Counted from the first letter of the stretch, positions 1 to 7,470 are shown. The stretch: DNA of 11,252 nucleotides from Candidatus Thorarchaeota archaeon SMTZ1-45 (GCA_001563335.1 LRSL01000105.1:1-11252); one strand, 5' to 3'. The notes: generated by a model not told the origin, from the letters alone. A program made the numbers and translations.

Positions 1-562
1 AGTCGACTGGTCGTCCACCAGCAACTCGAATCAGTTCATCAATGATTTTAGGACTATCCTTACTAATAGAATTCAAGTCATCGAATGATCGAGTCACATG
101 GCAACCATAATGAGCAGCTAACCTAACACCGGTGTATGGATTTGTAATTTCAGATCGGATAGTTTCGACACCTATGTCATGTTCGAAAACGTCTAGAAGA
201 TGCTTCACGTTCACATTCTTCGTGTACTCAAGACCTTCTTTTGCTAATAGTAAATTGACTTCTAGTCTCACTCGTTTCCTACGATCAAGTAACTTCTTCG
301 CATGTTTCAGAGAACCTGCACAAGCACCACAAATTGCTATGATGTCCTTTCCTTCCCTCTCAGCAAGTGCAAGTATCCGACCACTCAAGGCAAGGTATGC
401 TGGTTCATTAAGGGATTCGATGAACTGAGCGCCACAGCAGTTCACATTATTCAGAGGTGTCACACTGATTCCAAGACGTTCTAGGACAAGAATCGTGGCG
501 GCTTCATATGCAGGGAGTCGTACTGGGGTAATGCAACCTCTGAATAGTACGTAATCCCTCAA
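1..562 (-). CDS. hdrB: Heterodisulfide reductase subunit B-like (CCG-domain) protein, 3'-truncated by window edge
   Basis: Manual translation from TTG at 562: MRDYVLFRGCITPVRLPAYEAA...NCCGAQF...AICGACAGSL...VKHLLDV...LAAHYGCHVTRS... It has the CX31CCX34CXXC CCG motif and the start of a second CCG domain (HYGCH). It starts 5 nt after the hdrC stop and is open to the window edge, so it is absent from the ORF track. Confidence 0.9.
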   Translation of the reverse strand, partial: MRDYVLFRGCITPVRLPAYEAATILVLERLGISVTPLNNVNCCGAQFIESLNEPAYLALSGRILALAEREGKDIIAICGACAGSLKHAKKLLDRRKRVRLEVNLLLAKEGLEYTKNVNVKHLLDVFEHDIGVETIRSEITNPYTGVRLAAHYGCHVTRSFDDLNSISKDSPKIIDELIRVAGGRPVD

Positions 563-567
563 AGGGT

Positions 568-1059
568 CTATCCTCCGTTATCGAAGTATTTTGATTTCAC
601 ATCGTTGGTGTAACGTTTGTTCTGTGATAGCCGAGAACTCAAACCCAACTCCTTCCGCTCATCAGATACAAAATCAGAATAAGCCTCCTTCATCAACCAC
701 CCATCAGATAGAATTGTCTTTGCAGCCTTTTGAAAGGCGGCAGGGATTTTTCTTTCCTGGATTGCGAGGTGTCTAACAATCCTAAATACATCAGCTAGTT
801 TCACACCATATTGGCATGTATTCTCACAGAGATTACATATTTTACACAGCCATAGTTGCTCACTCTGTAACACAGGTTCACGAGCACCAACCAAGATTTT
901 CTGCATGATTTGACGAGGGTTGTAATCGGTACCAGAAGCAACCGAACAGCTTGCATCGCATACACCGCATGCTAAGCATTTCTCTAGAAGTTCTCCTCCA
1001 GGCATTGATCTCAGTTCTTGAATGAAGGTTGAAGACGGGGTGAGTCTTGTTCGAACCAT
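568..1059 (-). CDS. hdrC: Heterodisulfide reductase subunit C-like 2x[4Fe-4S] protein
   Basis: Two CxxCxxCxxxC motifs (CLACGVCDASC, CKICNLCENTC) with HdrC-type context (YNPRQIM, LWLC). AGGAG RBS at 1071-1067. Directly upstream of an hdrB-like gene. Confidence 0.88.
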   Translation of the reverse strand: MVRTRLTPSSTFIQELRSMPGGELLEKCLACGVCDASCSVASGTDYNPRQIMQKILVGAREPVLQSEQLWLCKICNLCENTCQYGVKLADVFRIVRHLAIQERKIPAAFQKAAKTILSDGWLMKEAYSDFVSDERKELGLSSRLSQNKRYTNDVKSKYFDNGG

Positions 1060-1063
1060 CCTT

Positions 1064-1140
1064 GTTCTCCTATTGAGTCAGGTCTAGTTCCTGAGTAGAG
1101 GAGTACATGATGTTGATGCAACTGTCGAATGATACTCAAT
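1064..1140 (-). promoter_or_regulatory. Structured 5' leader of hdrC with an anti-RBS hairpin
   Basis: On the minus strand CUCCU (1103-1099) pairs with the RBS AGGAG (1071-1067), enclosing UCAGG/CCUGA (1094-1090 / 1082-1078). AUUGAGU/ACUCAAU (1140-1134 / 1078-1072) is a competing pairing. Confidence 0.35.
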
Positions 1141-1749
1141 TTCACGTTTTTTTGGATTATTGTGGTCCATTGATCCCAATTCTCTCAGGTCCAACGTCCT
1201 AGTCAATATACTTTTAGTCTGCATAATAAGTCTATAACCTTCATTGTTTCAGATGATTCACGAATCTAAATTATTTTGATTATATTCTTACATCATAGCT
1301 CTTCTAATGTATAATAATAGACAAAAAGAAATTGAATCATGTCAAGAGTTGCCAATTTCGAAAGATGTAGCTATTATGACATCAATTGAAGAAATATGTC
1401 TGAAATCATACAATGGTAAAACAGCATTGTTACGTATTGTAACGAAACTATGCACAAAATAGATATGAAATTAGAAAAATTCAATAGAAAATGTGCGCTT
1501 TTTCTATCAAATTTCAATAACAAACATATCCTTTTTATCAAAAAAAGAATTCTATCTATATCTATAGACCAAATAATAGATGATATTAAAATAATCCAAA
1601 TCTATTCTTTTAAGATTTATCAAAATTTGATGATAGTTTTCTATCATTTTTTTGCAATAGATGATTTATTTCATAATATTTTTGTGAATAAGCTCACTAA
1701 AACCGAGGCGAGAAAAGAGGGTTGAGAGCAATTTTCCCTGTGATATATT

Positions 1750-1977
1750 CTATGAATTAAATCGTCCAAAATTTTCTTTTCTGCGGATGTTTTGATTTTG
1801 TATCATTTGTTGAATTTCTTCCGATGTCGGAGCAATATACTCCGAATCCAGAAACATGGTTCGCTCATAACGATCTTGGATAATATCTGCAAAGAACTTC
1901 GTATACCATCTGATTTCATCCTTGCTTCGTTGACGCATTACTTTGTGTTTCCTTTTTCGTGATAAATTACCTGACAT
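1750..1977 (-). CDS. Small basic hypothetical protein (75 aa)
   Basis: ATG preceded by a GAGGT RBS (1990-1986). Arg/Lys-rich N-terminus (SRKRKHKVMRQRSK). No family recognised. Confidence 0.65.
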   Translation of the reverse strand: MSGNLSRKRKHKVMRQRSKDEIRWYTKFFADIIQDRYERTMFLDSEYIAPTSEEIQQMIQNQNIRRKENFGRFNS

Positions 1978-2135
1978 CTTGTTTTACCTCTTTGAGGATA
2001 AGACATTCAGATACCCAGTCCTCTCCCCCGAGAGGACAACACAGACAAAATGAAGCACCACGAGGAAGAGGACATTGTACTAGTTGCCACTAATAATGTG
2101 GAACCAATACTGGTATGTCATTATTCCTCGCATTG
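1975..2135 (-). ncRNA. Candidate structured cis-regulatory leader RNA (attenuator/riboswitch-like), no known family recognised
   Basis: Nested helices CGAGGAA/UUCCUCG (2130-2124 / 2067-2061) and GACAU/AUGUC (2119-2115 / 2075-2071) enclose two 4-bp hairpins. Also an 8-bp hairpin GUCCUCUC-GGGG-GAGAGGAC (2037-2018) and an RBS-occluding hairpin CCUC-AAA-GAGG (1997-1987). Confidence 0.45.
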
Positions 2136-2139
2136 TTGT

Positions 2140-2170
2140 AATCAAGCACATTGTAAAAACTTGATTTAAG
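2140..2170 (-). promoter_or_regulatory. Putative TATA box with overlapping inverted-repeat operator
   Basis: AATCAAG (2140-2146) N13 CTTGATT (2160-2166) overlaps a minus-strand CTTAAAT (2170-2164). This predicts a transcription start near 2140. Confidence 0.35.
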
Positions 2171-2286
2171 CATTTACTTCCAAGTATCCTGCTGGAAATC
2201 CTTTTAGACGATTGAAGCATTTATGTGCAGAGCGTGGTTAGCTAAGAGCATAATACACCTCTAAGAACGAATTAGGATGCAAGAGC

Positions 2287-4848
2287 TTGACTGATACTCC
2301 TCAAGAAGAACTGTTTCGTGCAAGAACTCTGTGTAAGAAGGGAGAATATGAACAGTCACTTGAAATCATAAATTCATTAGCTGCGAATGAGGAGTTAACA
2401 GACCCCTGGATAACTTTAGATATCTTAATTCTCAAAGCAGAGATTTCATGGCGAATGGGAAAATTAGTCGAGGGACTTGAAGCAGTAGAAGAAGCTGAAG
2501 ATTTGTTGTCATCTAATGGAATGAAACAACTGGAAAAAGAAAAAGAGGAACTTCAAGCTCGAAAAGGAAGGCTCCTCTCACAGGCAGGTGTTCTTCAGTG
2601 GTATAAGGGAAACATCGACAAAGCAATGGAATCTCATAAAGAGAGCCTGAGGATAAGAGAGTTACTTGGCGACAAAGAAGGGATTTCAGTTGCCTACAAT
2701 AACCTTGGTTTGGTATATTGGACAAAGGGAAACCTCGATAAAGCGACTGAGTGCTATAGGAAAAGTCTAGCCATATATGAAGAGTTGAATGATGAGAGTG
2801 GCAAATCCAGAGTACTCAACAATCTTGCTAATATCAGTTCATCACGGGGAGAGTTAGACGAAGCACTAAGATATCATCAGGAAAGTCTCGCAATAAAGGA
2901 GAGAATAGCTTCTAAGCATGATATCGCAACGTCACTCATTAACATCGGTGTAATTCATAGGTTCAAAGGAAATTTAGACAAGGCAAAAGAATACTACAAC
3001 AAAAGCCTAGCCATTCAAGAGAATCTTAGTATTGGTCCAGAGTTTGCTCTTGCTCTCCACAATATAGGTGAAATATACAACATAAAGGGTGAGCTTGACT
3101 CAGCACTGGAGTTTTACCAGCGTAGTTTATTGATATATGATGCTATGGGAGCTCAGGAGGGTATTGCACTTTCTCTTAGTAATATAGGAGATATTCAGAG
3201 AAGAAAAGGCAATCATGAAAATGCATTCGAATATTACCAACGAAGTTTGGGAATCTCCGAATCCATGGGAAACACTCGATTGATTGCTGTAATCTTGAGT
3301 GAACTCGTAGAATTGGCTCTTGACAATAATGATTTGGATCTTGCAAAAGAATACATGACGAAGCTTGAAAATGTTGACACAATGTCGGAGAACATTGGTC
3401 AAAATCAGAGACTCCGAATATCAAATGCGCTTATCCTAAAGAATAGCCAACGAACTCGTGATAGAGTGAAGGCGGAAGAAATACTTGAGCAAATAATAGA
3501 AGAAGATGTCGTCGATCATGCAGTGACAATTTCAGCTATGATTCATCTCTGTGACTTGCTACTGATTGAGCTCAAGGCAACCAGAGCTGAGGAAACACTC
3601 AACAAAGTGAATGATTTGACAAAACATCTTGTGGCTGTTGCCCTAGAACAAGCATCCCATCCTCTAGCTGTAGAAACATATCTGCTTCAATCTAAATTGG
3701 CTTTGATTAACTTCGAGGTTGACACAGCACAGCAATTACTAGCAAAGGCAAAATCTCTAGCTGATGAGAAGGGATTGAATAGACTTAGCCAAATTGTGAA
3801 TCGTGAGATTCAAACTCTAGAAAATGAGCTTCAAAAGTGGGAATCAATACTCGAAATGAAACCTTCGAAGCAAGAGCTTGTAAACCTCACTAATTTGGAT
3901 GATCTGTTAAAGCGAATGGTTCAGAAAACAGTAGAAAGCCTTGGTGCAGAATCAGCAATTGAATCCAGGAAACCGAAATACAAGTTGATACATAAGGACA
4001 TGCTCGAGGGCACAGAAAAGTCAGAGAAATCGAAGTTCCGAGTTGGGATAGCTCAAATGGGGCTCTCGGAAGAAGGTGATATACTAAATGAGCTATATGA
4101 AGAGAAAGTGGATGGGCTCATTGGGCTTCGAGAGGAATCAGTTGAACTAACTAGAGCAAAGACTAAGAATATGGTTGAGAAAGCTCATTCTGATGGAATT
4201 AACATCCTTATCTTCCCTGAGATGACAGTCGACCTAAGCTATGTCCAACTTGTAGAAGATTTAACAGAACTAGCCAAGAATCATAGAATGTATATCATTC
4301 CAGGATCATTCCACGACCAACAATCCAAACGCAATATCTGTAGAGTTTTTGGTCCAGAGGGTATCCTCTGGGAACAAGAGAAACATATTCCTGCTATTAT
4401 TCACATTGAAGGAAAGAGGTTTATTGAGCGAATTGAAACTGCTAAAGATTCTAGGAATGCTATCATTTGTAACACAGAGTATGGAAGAATAGCAATTGCA
4501 ATTTGCCGTGATTTTCTTGATATGGATCTGAGAGTGGAGTTGAAGAACTCAGATCCCCCTGTTGATCTTCTCATTAATCCTGCGTTCACTCCAGTGACTG
4601 AAGATTTCAAAGCCGCCCATTATGACGCGAGAAGGTCTATCTATGCGTACTGCTTTTTTGCAAATGTAGCCGAATTTGGTGGTTCGTTGATCTACACACC
4701 TGAGAGAGAGCGCATTGAGAGAAATGTGCCAAGAGGAGAAGAAAGTATAATCTACAAAGATGTTGACCTCTTCCAGCTTAGAGCAGAACGCAAGAAGTGG
4801 GAAGAGGAGAGAAAAAAACAGGTATCATTTATTCAAAGTACAAGATGA
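2287..4848 (+). CDS. Tetratricopeptide-repeat protein fused to a C-terminal carbon-nitrogen hydrolase (nitrilase-superfamily) domain
   Basis: Six well-conserved 40-aa TPR units (N-[LI]-G...KG[NE]LD.A..YY..SL.I.E), then a helical linker. The C-terminal domain has VGIAQM, IFPE(645), QEK(699)HIP, IAIC(740)RDF and ANVAEFGGS, matching an intact Glu-Lys-Cys triad. TTG start. Confidence 0.88.
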   Translation: MTDTPQEELFRARTLCKKGEYEQSLEIINSLAANEELTDPWITLDILILKAEISWRMGKLVEGLEAVEEAEDLLSSNGMKQLEKEKEELQARKGRLLSQAGVLQWYKGNIDKAMESHKESLRIRELLGDKEGISVAYNNLGLVYWTKGNLDKATECYRKSLAIYEELNDESGKSRVLNNLANISSSRGELDEALRYHQESLAIKERIASKHDIATSLINIGVIHRFKGNLDKAKEYYNKSLAIQENLSIGPEFALALHNIGEIYNIKGELDSALEFYQRSLLIYDAMGAQEGIALSLSNIGDIQRRKGNHENAFEYYQRSLGISESMGNTRLIAVILSELVELALDNNDLDLAKEYMTKLENVDTMSENIGQNQRLRISNALILKNSQRTRDRVKAEEILEQIIEEDVVDHAVTISAMIHLCDLLLIELKATRAEETLNKVNDLTKHLVAVALEQASHPLAVETYLLQSKLALINFEVDTAQQLLAKAKSLADEKGLNRLSQIVNREIQTLENELQKWESILEMKPSKQELVNLTNLDDLLKRMVQKTVESLGAESAIESRKPKYKLIHKDMLEGTEKSEKSKFRVGIAQMGLSEEGDILNELYEEKVDGLIGLREESVELTRAKTKNMVEKAHSDGINILIFPEMTVDLSYVQLVEDLTELAKNHRMYIIPGSFHDQQSKRNICRVFGPEGILWEQEKHIPAIIHIEGKRFIERIETAKDSRNAIICNTEYGRIAIAICRDFLDMDLRVELKNSDPPVDLLINPAFTPVTEDFKAAHYDARRSIYAYCFFANVAEFGGSLIYTPERERIERNVPRGEESIIYKDVDLFQLRAERKKWEEERKKQVSFIQSTR
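2578..3300 (+). repeat. Intragenic 120-bp degenerate tandem repeat encoding 40-aa TPR units
   Basis: Equivalent codons recur at exactly 120-nt spacing: aaccttggt 2701, aatcttgct 2821, aacatcggt 2941, aatataggt 3061, aatatagga 3181. Confidence 0.85.
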
Positions 4849-4851
4849 AAT

Positions 4852-5307
4852 CTAAATTTCACGCATCATAGATGGAGAACTTGTACAAAGAGTCGTAAAC
4901 TCAATTGACTTCTTCATGTCCTCTGGGACTTGGTCACGTGGGACAATAACAAATCCTTTTTTCTTGAAGTAATCCTCTGCCGTATCAGTAAGCAGGAAAA
5001 GCCTACTTATGCCCTTCGTCTTTGCAGTCTCTGTAATTCTGTTGACCAATCGAGTACCTAATCCCTTGCCCTGAAAGTCAGGATGTACTGCGAGAGAGCG
5101 GAGAAGAGCTGACTTACCATAGATCTCAAGCCCAACGGAGCCAACGAGAAACTCAGATCCAACTGCAGCCTCTGGATGTCGGATAATGAGAAAGTTCTCC
5201 ATGTGAACCTCGATACCATCAGGAGGAAGCTTAGTGTTTCTTAGCAAGACAACAATTGCTGAATGATCGGATATCTTGGCGTTTTCAATCCTGAACTCGT
5301 CAACCAT
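4852..5307 (-). CDS. arsN2: GNAT N-acetyltransferase, ArsN2 (arsenic-resistance-associated)-like
   Basis: VGSVGLEIYGKSALLRSLAV, acetyl-CoA motif A QGKGLG, LFLLTDTAEDYF..KGF and C-terminal SIEFTTLC match my recollection of the ArsN2/short ArgA-like GNAT family. Confidence 0.75.
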   Translation of the reverse strand: MVDEFRIENAKISDHSAIVVLLRNTKLPPDGIEVHMENFLIIRHPEAAVGSEFLVGSVGLEIYGKSALLRSLAVHPDFQGKGLGTRLVNRITETAKTKGISRLFLLTDTAEDYFKKKGFVIVPRDQVPEDMKKSIEFTTLCTSSPSMMREI

Positions 5308-5312
5308 AGCAG

Positions 5313-5358
5313 AGAAGATGTAATCTTCTGTTTATAATAGACTCGGATTCCTCGAGGA
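5313..5358. promoter_or_regulatory. Divergent promoter region: 7-3-7 inverted repeat, TATA box and 10-bp palindrome
   Basis: AGAAGAT-GTA-ATCTTCT (5313-5329) lies between a minus-strand TTATAAA (5337-5331) and the arsN2-like ATG (5307). Perfect palindrome TCCTCGAGGA at 5349-5358. Confidence 0.5.
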
Positions 5359-5423
5359 CAAAAAGAATTGACCATACCTTTTCTTATACAGGTATGAGTG
5401 ACTTTTCTGTGATGTGAAGAAAT

Positions 5424-6218
5424 ATGCCAGATATTAGACCGTTGAAAGCCGAAGACTGGGATGAATTCCAAGTGATGGATAAGGATCTCTTTCCCGACGA
5501 TGCTGTTGAGGAGGAATGGTTTAAAAAACGAATCGAGCGCGATGGCGCATTCGCACTCATCCAAGATGGTCGAATCATTGGCAATCTAATCATGTCACGC
5601 TTTGGTGAGGATGAAGCCCATCTAGGACGGATTGGTGTTTCTAAGTTTCATCAGGGGAAGGGATATGGTTCAATGCTCATGGAGTATGCAATCGATTGGT
5701 TTCGTGAGGAAGGCGGAATTAGGAAAGTGCATCTCTACACTCAGGACTTCAATAAATCAGCTCAAAACCTGTACAAGAAATATGGGTTCAAACGAGCTGG
5801 GACAACTTGGCATTATTTTGTTCCATATGACTCTCTTGAGCCTAAGAACACATACACATGTCAAAAGATTCAGGAAGATGAAATCGATTCAGTGGGAAGT
5901 ATGTTCCCTTCACTTCCTGGGGGACAGATTAGGAGATTCTTGACTTATGATGAGCACCTTGTACTAATATTGAAAGACTTGAACGGGTACAATGTAGGTG
6001 TTTGCCGATTCACGCCTGCATTTCCAGGATGCATGCCATTCGAGATTACTAATATCGAGTGCTTTGATGATTTCATAGAGGGGCTAAAGGAGTTCAAGCT
6101 TCCTGAGCATGATTATTGCCGAGTGACTTTCACTGACATACCTGAACTCGCAGAGCTCTGCGAAGCAAGAGATTATCGATTACACCATAGACTCCACAAG
6201 ATGACACTCACGCTATAG
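5424..6218 (+). CDS. GNAT N-acetyltransferase (RimI-like N-terminal domain plus probable degenerate second GNAT-like domain)
   Basis: AHLGRIGV...HQGKGYGSMLM and N.SAQNLYKKYGF motifs in the first ~130 aa. The C-terminal half lacks motif A. Confidence 0.85.
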   Translation: MPDIRPLKAEDWDEFQVMDKDLFPDDAVEEEWFKKRIERDGAFALIQDGRIIGNLIMSRFGEDEAHLGRIGVSKFHQGKGYGSMLMEYAIDWFREEGGIRKVHLYTQDFNKSAQNLYKKYGFKRAGTTWHYFVPYDSLEPKNTYTCQKIQEDEIDSVGSMFPSLPGGQIRRFLTYDEHLVLILKDLNGYNVGVCRFTPAFPGCMPFEITNIECFDDFIEGLKEFKLPEHDYCRVTFTDIPELAELCEARDYRLHHRLHKMTLTL

Positions 6219-6265
6219 AGAAAGATAAGGAGGATCTGTTAAAGCTCCTCTCATCTCATTAAAGT

Positions 6266-6523
6266 TCACTTCTTCTTCAACATCACTACAACAAATACGA
6301 TAACGACAACCACTGCGCCAACGCCTATCACCAGAAGCATTGTTGTCGGAAGACCATCAATAGGTGCTGGATTGACCGTTATTTGGACAAGAATGGAAGT
6401 TGAGTGTCCATATGGATCTGATGCTGTGATTTCCACCTCATACTCCCCAACCACTAGATCAGTGGCATTAGTCAGTAGGCCTGTTGAGGAAATGGCAAAG
6501 TTGATGAGCCAAGGTGAACTATC
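6266..6523 (-). pseudogene. 5'-truncated remnant of a membrane-anchored cell-surface protein (Ig/cadherin-like repeat + TM + KKK tail)
   Basis: The frame is open from the stop at 6526-6524: ...NFAISSTGLLTNATDLVVGEYEVEITASDPYGHSTSILVQITV-NPAP...LLVIGVGAVVVVIVFVVVML-KKK. The beta-sandwich-like sequence extends upstream of the called GTG. There is no signal peptide and no upstream ATG. Confidence 0.65.
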
Positions 6524-6544
6524 CTACTCACTTGGTGGAGCATC

Positions 6545-7429
6545 ATGACAAAAATCGCTGTCATTTCAACCAATGACCGAGTCTACGGAGTGAACAAGTC
6601 CTTCGAGCTGTTGGACATCGAACCAATCAAAGGCAAACGGGTAGTTCTAAAGCCAAACTTTAACACAGCAGACCCACCACCAGCCTCAACTCACATGGAC
6701 ACCTTCAGGCAGATACTAGTTAAAATACAGGAAATGGGAGCTAAGTCAATCATCGTTGCAGAGAGATGCGGACCTGCAAACACAAACGAGGCATTTAGGA
6801 AGAAAGGTCTCTATGAACTTGCCAACGAATTTGGGTTCGATATTTTAAATCTCGAAACAGTTTCGGAGGATCAATGGGTGATGAAGAATCTTGATGGAAG
6901 TCACTGGAAGAATGGTTTCCTTTTTGCGAAAGTGTATGATGAGGCTGAGTGTGTCATTGAAACTTGTTGTCTGAAGACGCACCAGTATGGAGGTCACTTC
7001 ACATTATCTCTGAAGAACGCAACAGCACTTGTTCCAAGAGTAGGCTACAAATACATGAATGAGCTTCATAGTTCGCCCCATCAGAGGAAGATGATAGCAG
7101 AGATTAATGCCGCCTACAACTGGGACATCATCATTATGGATGGAGTGCTCGCTTTTGTTGATGGTGGACCTATGGAAGGTACTCGAAGAGAGGCTAGTGT
7201 CTTTGTGGCAGGGACTGATAAGATAGCAATTGATGCTGTCGGGGTTGCTTTGCTTCGGATTCTTGGAACCACTCCAGAGGTCTCAGAGGGACCCATCTTT
7301 GAGCAGGAACAAATAGCTCGAGCAGTAGAGCTAGGAATTGGAATTTCATCATTCGAGGAAATCGAATTTATAACAGATTCACACAAGAGCGAGGAATTAG
7401 TGAAGCAGATTAGAAATGAATTCTCCTAG
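6545..7429 (+). CDS. DUF362 family protein
   Basis: VVLKPNF, CLKTH, TLSLKN, IMDG, D.IAIDA motifs. GGTGGAG RBS at 6534-6540. No appended ferredoxin domain. Confidence 0.85.
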   Translation: MTKIAVISTNDRVYGVNKSFELLDIEPIKGKRVVLKPNFNTADPPPASTHMDTFRQILVKIQEMGAKSIIVAERCGPANTNEAFRKKGLYELANEFGFDILNLETVSEDQWVMKNLDGSHWKNGFLFAKVYDEAECVIETCCLKTHQYGGHFTLSLKNATALVPRVGYKYMNELHSSPHQRKMIAEINAAYNWDIIIMDGVLAFVDGGPMEGTRREASVFVAGTDKIAIDAVGVALLRILGTTPEVSEGPIFEQEQIARAVELGIGISSFEEIEFITDSHKSEELVKQIRNEFS

Positions 7430-7470
7430 TTTTCAGAATCTTAACATGAACCAGTTCATTTCAAGTGATC

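Noticed and set aside
132-776. Plus-strand ORFs 132-428, 302-484 and 591-776
   Set aside because: Antisense shadows of hdrB/hdrC with no motifs.
1059-1170. Pyrrolysine/selenocysteine readthrough from the in-frame uORF into hdrC
   Set aside because: It would need to pass two stops (TAG-ACC-TGA), and hdrC has its own RBS and is already full length.
1450-1725. 91-aa plus-strand ORF
   Set aside because: Ile/Lys/Phe/Asn-biased product expected from AT-rich DNA, with no RBS or motif.
2061-2130. SECIS, tRNA or hammerhead identity for the multi-stem RNA
   Set aside because: AUGA is present but there is no matching GA on the 3' strand or apical AA. No T-loop/anticodon geometry and no CUGANGA/GAAA core.
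2178-2202. ORB-like TTCCA...TGGAAAT as a replication origin
   Set aside because: Single poor match, no G-string and no cdc6/orc1 in the window.
2578-3300. 120-bp periodicity as CRISPR or a DNA-level repeat system
   Set aside because: Degenerate at synonymous positions and fully explained by TPR coding. No identical repeats with spacers.
2513-5943. ORFs 2513-2725, 3127-3402, 3176-3424, 4401-4610, 5241-5564, 5384-5593 and 5632-5943
   Set aside because: They overlap well-supported genes in antisense or alternative frames and have no motifs.
6218-6266. AGGAG...CTCCT hairpin between convergent genes as a terminator
   Set aside because: Only a 5-bp core and no U-tract, too weak to call.
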